From: Desulfovirgula sp.
Lineage (GTDB): Bacteria > Bacillota > Desulfotomaculia > Desulfotomaculales > Nap2-2B
Assembly: GCA_020725585.1 (NCBI GenBank)
Contig: DYES01000065.1
Coordinates: forward strand, 737-64,736
Length of the DNA: 64,000 nucleotides
Direction of reading: 5' to 3'
In this document: piece by piece, positions 53,984-64,000 of the stretch
Position numbering within the stretch: the first letter of the stretch is position 1
Layout of the letters: each line of letters starts with the position of its first letter
Made by a program: the position numbers and the translations under genes
Notes under the pieces: model-generated
The model's database searches: none
What the model saw: only the letters and a program-made list of their open reading frames with translations
Told to the model about the DNA's origin: nothing

Positions 53984-56230
53984 TTACTCGTTTTGTTGCG
54001 TAGGCAGGGGCGGGATCAGGGGAAAGCGCTCCCCAGGCGGCGGCAGTTGTGCCGGCGGCTTCCTCTGGCCGTCTTGTTCCGGCGGCCTTTGTTGCGGTTG
54101 CCGCGGTTGTCCCTGGTCCGGCTGCTCAGGCGGTTTTTCCGGCGGCTGAGAGCCGGAAAGCCCTTGTTCCGGCAAAGATTGCGGCTGCCGCCCTTCGCCG
54201 GACTCAGAACCTCCCAACCGTTCAACGTTCGGCCGGGTTTCTCTTGGCCCCCCAGACCGGAGGGGCTCTGTCGTCCGCTGCTCGTGAACCTGCTGCCGCT
54301 CCGTTTCCGGTCCCGGAAAAGGCTGCGGTTCCTCTTCTCTGGCGATCCGGCCCTTTGCTTCCTCCAGGCTTTTCGCCTCCGGGCATTTTTGCAAGATAAA
54401 GTAGGCGTCTAAAATTTCCCTGGCCACCGGACCGGCAACGCCGCTGCCCATTCCGCCGTACTCAATAATTACCGACACAGCGACTTCGGGATGCTCATAG
54501 GGCGCGTAGGCAAGGAAAAGAGCGTGCTTGTTGCCGGCCGCATCCCCTACCTCGGCAGTGCCCGTTTTCGCCGCCGCCCGGTAAGGAGCCCCGGCAAAAA
54601 CGGCGGCGGCGGTCCCGTCAGGAGGTAAAGTCACCATGTGGATGCCTTCCTGGATAATTTTCAAAGTCTGGGCCGACACACTTATCTTCCGGGCTAACTG
54701 CGGAGCAAAACTGGCCATCGTCTTGCCGTCGGGAGAAATAATCTTTTTGACAATGTACGGTTTATACAAACTTCCCCCGTTGGCAATCGCCGCCATATAG
54801 TTAGCCAGCTGAATGGCCGTGTATTTATTCTCCCCCTGCCCAATGGCCATATTCGTGCTGTCGTACTCGTGCCACCTGGATTCCCATGGATCATTGGGAT
54901 GGAGTTCTTTCTTTAATTCCCGCGTCGGCACCCGCCCCTGTTCTTCACCGGGGAGGTCAATGCCGGTTTTTTCGCCCAGGCCGTATTCCCGGGCGTACTT
55001 GCCCATCAGCTCCGGCCCGGCCTGTGCGCCAAACATATAAAAAAAGGTGTCGCAGGAAACTTTCAGCGCCCTTCGTATATCCACCCGACCGTGCCCGCCG
55101 GGCTTCCAGTCCTTCTGGGTCTTGTAATAGCCGGGATCGAAAATCGTCGTCTCCGGCCTGACGATGCCTCCCTCCAAGAGGGCCGTAGCAGTGACCATTT
55201 TAAAGGTGGAACCGGGAATATAGGTTGTTTCGATGGCGTGATTTCTAAGGGCGCCGGTTTTAATGAGCTCCTGGTATTCCTTGCTGGAAACCCCGCGGGC
55301 AAATACGGCGGGGTCGTAAGAAGGGAGACTGGCCATGGTGAGAACCTCGCCGGTGCGCACATCCAGAACTACCGCCGCCGCTGACAAGGTTTTTCCTTTC
55401 GGCACCTTTGCCCTCCCAACGGTCACGGCGTTGGCGATGCCCCTGGCAAGAGCATCCTGGGCCGCCCGCTGCAGACGGTGGTCAACAGTCAGGACGAGGT
55501 TGTTTCCAGGCGTCGGAGCCTCCACCCCCAGGTCCCGCACCGGGCGGCCCAGGGCATCCACCTCCACTAATCTGGCCCCCCTCTTCCCCCTTAAGAACTC
55601 CTCGTATTGTCTTTCCAGTCCCGTCTTGCCAAAATTATCCCCCATTTGATAACCTTTATCCTTATGCTTTTCCAGTTGTTCCTTCTCGATTTCTCCTACG
55701 TAGCCGAGCACAGGGGCCAGCAAGTCTCCGTAAGGGTAGTCACGTACGGGCTGCACGTCAATGACCACGCCGGGCAAATCCAGCCGGTGCTCCTCAATTC
55801 TGGCCACCGCCTCCAGACTCACCCCTACGGCCACGTGGACGGGTTCATATAACCTCAGCTTTTTGGCCTGCATCTTTTCCTGGATGCGGGCTTTAATTTG
55901 CCCGACATCCATTCCTTCGTAGGCTTTTTCTCCCACCAGCAAATTGGCCAGCGTATTCACGATGCGGTCCGTATTTTTCAAGCCCAGGTAAGTCACAGAA
56001 ACCGTGTACACAGGCCTGTTGCCCACGATCCGCTCGCCGTTGCGGTCCAGGATATCCCCCCGGGGCGCGGTGATAGGAATTAAGCGCTGGTGGTTCTGGC
56101 GGGCCTGGGTTTGGTATTTGTCCGCCTCCACCAGCTGTAAAAAGCCGAGGCGAACAACAAGCACCAAAAAAGCCCCAGCGACCAGGGCTAAAAAAAAGCG
56201 CATTTTCCTTTCCAGCTTTTTGTGTTCCAT
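53984..56230 (-). CDS. mrdA: penicillin-binding protein 2 (class B) with P/Q/E-rich tail
   Basis: APRGDILDRNG, PGSTFK (SxxK), SCD (SxN variant) and KTGTAE motifs. Confidence 0.93.
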   Translation of the reverse strand: MEHKKLERKMRFFLALVAGAFLVLVVRLGFLQLVEADKYQTQARQNHQRLIPITAPRGDILDRNGERIVGNRPVYTVSVTYLGLKNTDRIVNTLANLLVGEKAYEGMDVGQIKARIQEKMQAKKLRLYEPVHVAVGVSLEAVARIEEHRLDLPGVVIDVQPVRDYPYGDLLAPVLGYVGEIEKEQLEKHKDKGYQMGDNFGKTGLERQYEEFLRGKRGARLVEVDALGRPVRDLGVEAPTPGNNLVLTVDHRLQRAAQDALARGIANAVTVGRAKVPKGKTLSAAAVVLDVRTGEVLTMASLPSYDPAVFARGVSSKEYQELIKTGALRNHAIETTYIPGSTFKMVTATALLEGGIVRPETTIFDPGYYKTQKDWKPGGHGRVDIRRALKVSCDTFFYMFGAQAGPELMGKYAREYGLGEKTGIDLPGEEQGRVPTRELKKELHPNDPWESRWHEYDSTNMAIGQGENKYTAIQLANYMAAIANGGSLYKPYIVKKIISPDGKTMASFAPQLARKISVSAQTLKIIQEGIHMVTLPPDGTAAAVFAGAPYRAAAKTGTAEVGDAAGNKHALFLAYAPYEHPEVAVSVIIEYGGMGSGVAGPVAREILDAYFILQKCPEAKSLEEAKGRIAREEEPQPFPGPETERQQVHEQRTTEPLRSGGPRETRPNVERLGGSESGEGRQPQSLPEQGLSGSQPPEKPPEQPDQGQPRQPQQRPPEQDGQRKPPAQLPPPGERFPLIPPLPTQQNE

Positions 56231-56246
56231 CGCTTTTCCCCCAAGG

Positions 56247-56729
56247 TTACGGGTAAACCCTCGTGTACGTCCGGAAAAACCACCTGTACAGAAGTAAAGC
56301 GACTGCGCCGTTATAAACAGAACCGCAAAAAATAATTTTCCCTAGCCCCACCCCCGGAGAAATAAAAATACCCAGGTAAAAAAGGAGCAGGTAATGAATT
56401 AAACCCTGAAAAAGACAGATCAACAGCGTGATAGTCGCCACCACAAAGGGATTATCTTTATACAAAACCGTTTGCATCAACCCCGCCAGGTAGCCGGCGG
56501 CCAGGTGATCCAGCGCGTTTAAGCCAAAGTAACCCCCTGTGGCCACATCTTTGAGGAATCCGGCTACAAAGCCCCAGAAGGAGCCCTCCCGAGTACCCCG
56601 AAGAAAAGCATAAAAAATTAATAAAATTAAAACAAGGTCGGGCTTTACCCCGAACAGCCGCACAGACTCCAGCGCGGTAACCTGGATAAACGTAGCCAGG
56701 ACGAGTATGCCGAAAACAGTTATCCGCAT
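56247..56729 (-). CDS. mreD: rod shape-determining protein MreD
   Basis: GVKPDLVLI, G...GF.AGFLKD; hydrophobic; follows mreC; start MRITV. Confidence 0.9.
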   Translation of the reverse strand: MRITVFGILVLATFIQVTALESVRLFGVKPDLVLILLIFYAFLRGTREGSFWGFVAGFLKDVATGGYFGLNALDHLAAGYLAGLMQTVLYKDNPFVVATITLLICLFQGLIHYLLLFYLGIFISPGVGLGKIIFCGSVYNGAVALLLYRWFFRTYTRVYP

Positions 56730-56742
56730 CGCCAACCGCCTT

Positions 56743-57621
56743 TTAGCTTCCTGATTCCCGATCCCCGGTCTTTTCCGGCAGCTCACCGGCCAGTTCGGTA
56801 ATGATAAACACCTCTTCCAACCGGTTAAAATCCACAAAGGGTTGCACCGTAGCATTATAAAAGAGACCCGTGGGGTCCTTTTTGGCATCCATAATCTGCC
56901 CGACGGCAACGCCCTTTGGAAATAAACTCCCCAGCCCGGAAGTGACCACCGTCTGGCCCCTGCGGACAAATATATCGTAAGGAATGTGAATCATCCGGAG
57001 GCGTCCGGAGGTATCGGACGTCCCCTCCACAATACCGGGGGAGCGGGTTTCTTGAACAAGGCTGCTGATTGCGCTGCGGGGATCGGTAATCAACATGACC
57101 TGTGCCGTATTGGCGCTTACCTTCACCACCCTGCCCACCAGCCCTTCCGGGACAAGCACCGTCATATTTACCTGGACACCTTGCCGAAAACCCTTGTTTA
57201 AAGTAATGGTTTGAAACCAGTTCCCCGGATCGCGGCCAATAACCGCCGCGGAGGTTCCTTTGAAATCTCCCGGCAGTCTGGTTTGAAAGTCCAAAAGTTT
57301 TTTTAAGCGCTCATTTTCTAAGCGGCACTCCTCCAGTTCCACCAGGCGCCCCTTGAGCTCCGCTACTTCCCTGGTTAATTGTTTATTTTGCCGGGTAGCG
57401 TTAATTAAGGCAATGGGCAAAGACAGCTTGCCTTCCAGCCAGCGCGTGGCCGTTACGGAAAATTTCTGGAGGGGGGCAAAAACATCCCGCAAAGCTCCCT
57501 CCAAAGGCGACATTCCAATTTTTTTTAGATCTGTACTTTTCATGAGCAGTAAAAAAGCCAGCATAAAAATGATGAAAAAGAAAACTCTCTTGCCGGACCT
57601 CCTTGATCGAGGCACCATCAC
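56743..57621 (-). CDS. mreC: rod shape-determining protein MreC
   Basis: ENERLKKLL coiled coil, GLVGRV and VVTSGLGSLFPKG motifs. Confidence 0.95.
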   Translation of the reverse strand: MMVPRSRRSGKRVFFFIIFMLAFLLLMKSTDLKKIGMSPLEGALRDVFAPLQKFSVTATRWLEGKLSLPIALINATRQNKQLTREVAELKGRLVELEECRLENERLKKLLDFQTRLPGDFKGTSAAVIGRDPGNWFQTITLNKGFRQGVQVNMTVLVPEGLVGRVVKVSANTAQVMLITDPRSAISSLVQETRSPGIVEGTSDTSGRLRMIHIPYDIFVRRGQTVVTSGLGSLFPKGVAVGQIMDAKKDPTGLFYNATVQPFVDFNRLEEVFIITELAGELPEKTGDRESGS

Positions 57622-57625
57622 CCAC

Positions 57626-58702
<1,077 letters not shown>

Positions 58703-59398
58703 TCACATGAAGCCCTTTGCCTTCAAACTGCTGAACCGGTTGTCACCAATAATTAAATGGTCGAGAATTTCGATGCCGATAATGTGCCCCACCTCAATTA
58801 AACGCCGGGTCACTTCCAGATCTTCCCGGCTCGGTGAGGGATCGCCGCTGGGATGATTGTGGATTAAAATGATCGCCGCGGCGCTGCGCTTGATGGCATT
58901 TTTAAACAATTCCCGGGGGTGCACTGCCGAAGAATTAAGGGTACCGATGGAAATAATCTCCTGGCCGATCACCTGATTTTTGGCGTTCAGCAACAGAGCC
59001 CGAAAATGTTCCCGGTCAAGGTGGCGCATTTCTTCCATCACCAGGCCGGCCGCATCTTCCGGCGTTTTAATCACCGCCCGGTCTTGGGAAGTGTTCGTCG
59101 CCACCCTTTTCCCCAGTTCCAACGCTGCTTTTATCTGGGCGGCTTTCGCCGGACCCACCCCCTTAATTTCGCCCAATTCCTCCACGCTGGCCTGAACCAG
59201 ACCCCGCAGCCCGTGAAAATGGGTCAACACAACGGCGGCCAGGTCAAGCGCCGTACCCGCAGCCGTGCCCGTGCGCAGCAAAATGGCCAGCAGCTCCGCA
59301 TCGGTTAAAGACTGTGCTCCATCCCGCAACAGCCGCTCGCGGGGCCGTAAATCCACGGGCATGTCCTTGATGGTTAAACGGTATTCCAGAGAAGGCAA
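58703..59398 (-). CDS. radC: RadC/JAB-domain protein (UPF0758)
   Basis: RPRERL, HhH motif GVGPAKA, VHPRE, HNHPSGDP.PS.ED and LDH motifs. Confidence 0.95.
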   Translation of the reverse strand: MPSLEYRLTIKDMPVDLRPRERLLRDGAQSLTDAELLAILLRTGTAAGTALDLAAVVLTHFHGLRGLVQASVEELGEIKGVGPAKAAQIKAALELGKRVATNTSQDRAVIKTPEDAAGLVMEEMRHLDREHFRALLLNAKNQVIGQEIISIGTLNSSAVHPRELFKNAIKRSAAAIILIHNHPSGDPSPSREDLEVTRRLIEVGHIIGIEILDHLIIGDNRFSSLKAKGFM

Positions 59399-59412
59399 AA
59401 AATTTTCTCCTC

Positions 59413-60006
59413 CTATGGGCGCCGATTTATCTCTAAGACGTCTACGCCGAATTCCTGCAAGAGCCGGGCTAAAAGCGCCAACGGCAGGCCGACCACGTTA
59501 AAATAGCATCCCTCCAGGCGCTCAATAAAAATAGCCCCTAACCCCTGAACCGCGTATGCTCCTGCTTTATCCATCGGTTCTCCAGTGGCCACGTAGCGTT
59601 TAATTTGATCCGGCGTCAAGGGCCTAAATTTTACCCTTGTCCGCTCATGAGCTACGGCTATGCGCTCAAAGGGCTTTTGAACAATGGCCAGTCCGGTGAA
59701 AACCTCGTGTTCTTTCCCCTGCAACAGGCTCAACATCTCCGCCGCCTGAGCGGCGTGAGTGGGCTTGCCCAGCACCCGACCCCCGCAGACCACCATCGTA
59801 TCAGCGCCGATCACCAGGCCCTTAGTTATCTTTTCGGCAGCGGCCTTTGCCTTTCGTTCTGCCAAAACCTCCGCCTGCCGGGGACAGGGGAGCCCTTCGT
59901 CTAATTCTTCCTCCACCGGACAGGTTAGAACAGAAAAAGGCACGCCTAACTGTTTTAATAACACATGCCGGCGGGGAGAGGCGGAAGCTAAATAAACGGG
60001 AAGCAA
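59413..60006 (-). CDS. maf: Maf family nucleoside triphosphate pyrophosphatase
   Basis: LASASPRR, IGADT, LGKP, DKAGAY and NVVGLP motifs; TTG start after GGGAGGGG. Confidence 0.94.
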   Translation of the reverse strand: MLPVYLASASPRRHVLLKQLGVPFSVLTCPVEEELDEGLPCPRQAEVLAERKAKAAAEKITKGLVIGADTMVVCGGRVLGKPTHAAQAAEMLSLLQGKEHEVFTGLAIVQKPFERIAVAHERTRVKFRPLTPDQIKRYVATGEPMDKAGAYAVQGLGAIFIERLEGCYFNVVGLPLALLARLLQEFGVDVLEINRRP

Positions 60007-60157
60007 ATCTTCCCCTCCCAAAACAGTTGACAGTCGTCGAACGTCAGAGGTTAGAAATTTTTGATACATTATGATACATTATGAAATATTTACAAAAAAA
60101 TAATGCATTATATTTCAAAGAAGAAAACATTGCCTTTTTCTTCAGATCTAAAGCGCT

Positions 60158-60424
60158 TTAAATTTTTCGATACAAGAGGTACCCAAATAGAAAACCAATC
60201 ACCGTCAAGATCCCTGCGTCCATGGTTAAGCCAAAGGTAAACTTCAGAAAATGGATGTCCAGCGTGGCGGGACTTAGCCCGATTGAGCTGATTGCCTTAA
60301 GCGCACCCAGACTGGGCGGTAAAACGTACGCTACGGCATTGCCAGCCAGTCCGCCGACAAAAAGAAGAAACAGCAAAATCCAGGGATTTCTCGATTGTTT
60401 ATACGGTTTAGCCATTTTTTTCAC
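60158..60424 (-). CDS. DUF4321-like small membrane protein
   Basis: Two TM helices around GLSPATLDIHFLKFTFG; usual position upstream of maf. Confidence 0.7.
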   Translation of the reverse strand: MKKMAKPYKQSRNPWILLFLLFVGGLAGNAVAYVLPPSLGALKAISSIGLSPATLDIHFLKFTFGLTMDAGILTVIGFLFGYLLYRKI

Positions 60425-60592
60425 CTAAAACATAGTAATTTTTCAACTTTTAGTTTATCATTTTCTACCTTAGGTGACAAGCCGTTAATTTTTCTAGCTC
60501 ACCCGGTAATTTCTTGGCCCTTGTGCCCTTTTTCACCCTGCGGCGAAACAGGTTCCGGTTCGCGTGTTTCCTCAGCAAGGCCCCCATCTTGC

Positions 60593-61600
60593 CTAGGCAA
60601 TTATTCCCGAAAACACCGCGGCCAGGAAAACCACATAAAATACCCCGCCGTATGTTACCAAAAGACGGGCGTCCAGGTAGCCAAAACGCCGCAAAAAAAT
60701 GTAAGTAGCCAGCGAAGAGAGCAGGGCAAGCAAAGCACTGAACAAGGCCGCTTCGGTCAAGATCCAGGGGGTTAAAACGATTCCGATGGCCGGAATGACG
60801 GAACTTTGAAAAACCATCGCCCCGGTAATATTGCCCAGCGCTAGAGTGTCTTTATTCTGCCGGAGCCAGATAATGCTGTTAAACTTCTCTGGCATTTCCG
60901 TCGCCAAAGGTGCAATAATCAGGGAAAAAATAAACGCCGGCACTCCCAATAGACTGGACAGACGCGTGATCCCGTCCACAAAAAACTTGGCCCCTACAAT
61001 TATTCCCCCCAGAGATAAAACCACCTGGGCAACCACCAGAAAAAGCGGGGGGTTCGCCAGCTTGCGGGCAACCAAAAGAGGCTCCTGGGCACATTCCTCC
61101 GCGGGCCCCTCCTCCCCCGTAACTGTTTTGTAAACAAAAACTGCGTAGGCCAACACCAGCCCCGCCGCCACCAAATACTTTAAGGCGGCGGGCAGAAAGG
61201 CGGCCAAAACAGCCAACGTATAGACCACCAGGAAAAAAAGGAGGTCGCGGAGGATCACGGACTTCTCCGGTATGATGCGGGAACAGCCCTCCCGGCTCTT
61301 CTGAAAGACCAGCACCGCCCCACCGCTTAAAAAAATGGCCAGCGTACCTAGCATAAACGGGGCGCCTAAAATGGCGCCGATCCCGATGGCGTGTCCCACC
61401 TCCCCGCCGGCGAGCAAAATGGCAATTAAAGGGATGATTGTTTCCGGCATGGCCGTACCCACCGCCGCCAAAACACTTCCGATTGTCCCCTTATTTAAAC
61501 ATAATTTACGCCCGAACCACTCGATTCCGTTGGTAAAAAAGCCGGCGCAGACCAGAATTACCCCCAGGCTGGTGATTAAGACCGCGATTTCAAACAGCAT
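60593..61600 (-). CDS. sodium:calcium antiporter family (CaCA) protein
   Basis: Alpha repeats AVGTAMPE...GAILGAP and PLATEMPE...ALGNITGA. Confidence 0.88.
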   Translation of the reverse strand: MLFEIAVLITSLGVILVCAGFFTNGIEWFGRKLCLNKGTIGSVLAAVGTAMPETIIPLIAILLAGGEVGHAIGIGAILGAPFMLGTLAIFLSGGAVLVFQKSREGCSRIIPEKSVILRDLLFFLVVYTLAVLAAFLPAALKYLVAAGLVLAYAVFVYKTVTGEEGPAEECAQEPLLVARKLANPPLFLVVAQVVLSLGGIIVGAKFFVDGITRLSSLLGVPAFIFSLIIAPLATEMPEKFNSIIWLRQNKDTLALGNITGAMVFQSSVIPAIGIVLTPWILTEAALFSALLALLSSLATYIFLRRFGYLDARLLVTYGGVFYVVFLAAVFSGIIA

Positions 61601-62955
61601 CTCTTTTTCCTCCTGCTCTGACGGCCCAGAAGAAGAATTTCCCTTGCTTCCGCCACCATATATAAAGAACCGGTAACGCAAACAACCTCATTCTGGCGGG
61701 CAATCTGAAAAGCCTTCGCCAGGGCATTTTTTATTGATTCGATGGCATATACCTCTTGAAGATAACGCTGCGCTTCGCCGGCCATAGTTTGCCAGTCCTG
61801 GGCGCGAGGGCTGTTGGGCCTGGTCACGATCACCGCCCTCGCCCGGGGAACGAGCTCCTGCGCCACCCTGGCGCGTTCCTTGTCGCCGAGCATGCCCAAT
61901 ACCAGTATTATTCCCCTGCCGGGAAAATAATCATCCAGCGCCCGACGCAAGGATCTGGCGCCGTCGTAGTTATGGGCGCCATCAATGACGACCGGCGGCT
62001 CGCCCGGGAAAACTTCCAGGCGGGCGGGCCAACAGGTATTCGCAAGCCCCGCGTAAAAAGCATCACGGGTGATTCTGTATCCTTTTTCCAGGAGGAGCTC
62101 TGCAACAGCCACGGCGGTGGCTGCGTTGATCAGCTGGTGCCGCCCCAAAAGAGACAAAAAAAGCTTTTCGTAGTCATCCTTTAGCCCCCGCACAGTCAGG
62201 TACTGCCCGGCCAGGGAAAATCGCTCCCCTTCGTACGTCACCTGCCGGACAAAAGGACCCTCCCATCCCTCCCCGGCGGGCCCGCTTAATACTCTGATTA
62301 AGGGGGCCCCTTTTTGCCGGGCAACCCTTTGGATTACCGCCAGCGCCTCCGGATCGCCGGCGGCGGTGACCACCGGCACCCCTTCTTTAATAATCCCCGC
62401 TTTGACAGAGGCTATTTCGGTGATTGTATTCCCAAGGTAATCCATGTGGTCCATGGCCACGTTGGTAATCACCGTGACCAAAGGGTGCGGCACTACGTTG
62501 GTGGAATCGATGGCGCCCCCCAACCCGACTTCCAAAACCAGAAAATCTACCCGCTTCTCGAAAAAATACTGAAAGGCCATGGCCGTGCTCACTTCAAATT
62601 CCGTGGGATGCTCAAAGCCTTGGGCCACCATGCTCTCTAAATGCGGGCGCAAGCCGGCAATTAACCGGGCTACCTGCCGACGGGGGATTTGCTTTCCATT
62701 TATAGTATAACGTTCGGTATAACTGTGTAAATGGGGGGAGGTAAAGGCGCCCGTCTTATAACCCGCAGCCTGCAAAATAGAGGTAATCATGGCCACCGTG
62801 CTTCCTTTGCCGTTGGTCCCGCCCACGTGAATGACTGAAAGAGGCAAATGGGGGTTGCCCAATCTTCGCAGCAGCTCGCGAATGCGGTCCAGCCCAAAAT
62901 TAAAGCCAAATTTGGTCAGATTTTGCAAATATTCCATAGCTTCTTCGTACCGCAA
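61576..62955 (-). CDS. folC: folylpolyglutamate synthase / dihydrofolate synthase
   Basis: HVGGTNGKGS, FTSPHL, LEVGLGG, DH, WPARLE, DGAHN and VTGSLY motifs; TTG start assumed. Confidence 0.95.
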   Translation of the reverse strand: MRYEEAMEYLQNLTKFGFNFGLDRIRELLRRLGNPHLPLSVIHVGGTNGKGSTVAMITSILQAAGYKTGAFTSPHLHSYTERYTINGKQIPRRQVARLIAGLRPHLESMVAQGFEHPTEFEVSTAMAFQYFFEKRVDFLVLEVGLGGAIDSTNVVPHPLVTVITNVAMDHMDYLGNTITEIASVKAGIIKEGVPVVTAAGDPEALAVIQRVARQKGAPLIRVLSGPAGEGWEGPFVRQVTYEGERFSLAGQYLTVRGLKDDYEKLFLSLLGRHQLINAATAVAVAELLLEKGYRITRDAFYAGLANTCWPARLEVFPGEPPVVIDGAHNYDGARSLRRALDDYFPGRGIILVLGMLGDKERARVAQELVPRARAVIVTRPNSPRAQDWQTMAGEAQRYLQEVYAIESIKNALAKAFQIARQNEVVCVTGSLYMVAEAREILLLGRQSRRKKRCCLKSRS

Positions 62956-63156
62956 ATGCAGTCCTCCCCCGAAAACACAGGCCGAAAGTTTTTCCCAAAA
63001 AAGGCCCAGCAATTTTTCCCCATTTATATTTTGACGGCCACGCGCAAAATCCTACATGGCAACTTTGAAAAGAATAAAGTAATTTTTATCCTTCAAGTTT
63101 CCAAAAACCTGTCGATTGATCAATATTAGAAGAGCCGTCTGGAAGGAGGCTAAAAT

Positions 63157-64000
63157 GTGGGCAAATTCAGAAGAAAGCTGGTGTTTTTAAACGGCGCCCT
63201 TGCTCTTCTGGCCGCGGCGGCAGCCCTGGGAGGCTTTTGGCTGGGCAAGAACTCCTGGCCGATCGCAGCCGTTTTTGCCTCCGGTGGCGTATTGCTGGCC
63301 ACGCTAGGCGCCTATCTTTTGGTTACACCTTTGCAAAGAACGCTTAATCTGGGCATTCGCGAAACGGACAAGGCAATCAAAGGATCCCTCTCGGCAATCA
63401 TCGAGCCCCGCGACTATGGCTGGGGGGAAGTAACACATCTTTTGGTAAACACAGGCAAGGTACTTAAAGGCGTACGCAAGTGGCTCGGCATGGTGAAGGA
63501 AACTTCCGAGGAGCTGGTCCGGGCCGCCGCCCAGATCACCGCCAGCACGGAACAGATCAGTGCGGGGAGCCAGGAACAAGCCGGCCAGATCCAAAAACTC
63601 CTGGAAAACATTGAAGAACTGGCCAGTTCCGCCCGTCATTCCGCGGAGCGGGCCCAGGAAACGGCAAAAAAAGCCCGTGAAACCGAGAAAATTGCCCGGC
63701 AGGGGAGGCAGGTGGTAGAAAAAGTCATCACCGGAATGAATTTAATCCACGAAAAAACTTCTTCCCTGGAGCAAAATTCTTCTAAAATCGTTCAATTTTT
63801 GCAATTAATTGAGGACATTGCCGCCCAGACCAACTTGCTGGCCTTAAATGCGGCCATTGAGGCGGCGCGCGCCGGGGAACACGGCCGCGGTTTTGCCGTG
63901 GTGGCCGAGGAAGTGCGCCGTCTGGCCGAAAATTCCGCAAAAGCCACCCAGGAAATAACCCAGCTGGTCACCGATATTCAGGCCTCCACAGCCGAGAGCG
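63157..64000 (+). CDS. methyl-accepting chemotaxis protein (partial, runs off the window)
   Basis: GTG after AAGGAGG; two TM helices, HAMP-like region and [38 protein letters not shown] signalling hairpin; weak sigma-28-like TCAAG...GTCGAT at 63093-63118. Confidence 0.93.
   Translation, partial: MGKFRRKLVFLNGALALLAAAAALGGFWLGKNSWPIAAVFASGGVLLATLGAYLLVTPLQRTLNLGIRETDKAIKGSLSAIIEPRDYGWGEVTHLLVNTGKVLKGVRKWLGMVKETSEELVRAAAQITASTEQISAGSQEQAGQIQKLLENIEELASSARHSAERAQETAKKARETEKIARQGRQVVEKVITGMNLIHEKTSSLEQNSSKIVQFLQLIEDIAAQTNLLALNAAIEAARAGEHGRGFAVVAEEVRRLAENSAKATQEITQLVTDIQASTAES

Overview
Chromosomal window from a spore-forming, Clostridia-class Firmicute that looks Peptococcaceae/Desulfotomaculum-like (inferred from spo0B-obgE, spoIVFAB, minCDE and gene order). 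Most genes are on the minus strand. Housekeeping blocks: pyrR-pyrB-pyrC-carA-carB with a PyrR attenuator; uvrB; udg; ftsEX-envC-ctpB-minJ; hppA; secG; nadD; proBA; rng-rplU-rpmA-spo0B-obgE; folC-maf-radC-mreBCD-pbp2-minCDE-rodA-spoIVFAB. Accessory regions: (i) an hspR-hsp20-dnaK-cbpA-cbpM-clpB chaperone cluster whose DnaK carries the diderm-type insert, with a candidate palindromic operator TTGACAAT-N3-ATTGTCAA; (ii) a wHTH regulator plus radical SAM pair; (iii) a two-gene class I CoA-transferase-fold operon; (iv) an insertion with pgi and two unannotated small ORFs. The strongest candidate for a little-described system is (iii): the alpha subunit is interrupted by one in-frame TGA (codon 104) followed by a SECIS-like hairpin, at an apparent active-site position, while the beta subunit lacks the canonical catalytic-Glu motif. 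This suggests a selenoenzyme built on the CoA-transferase fold. No rRNA, tRNA, CRISPR array or intact mobile element was seen. Family calls come from motif recognition only; no database searches were run.
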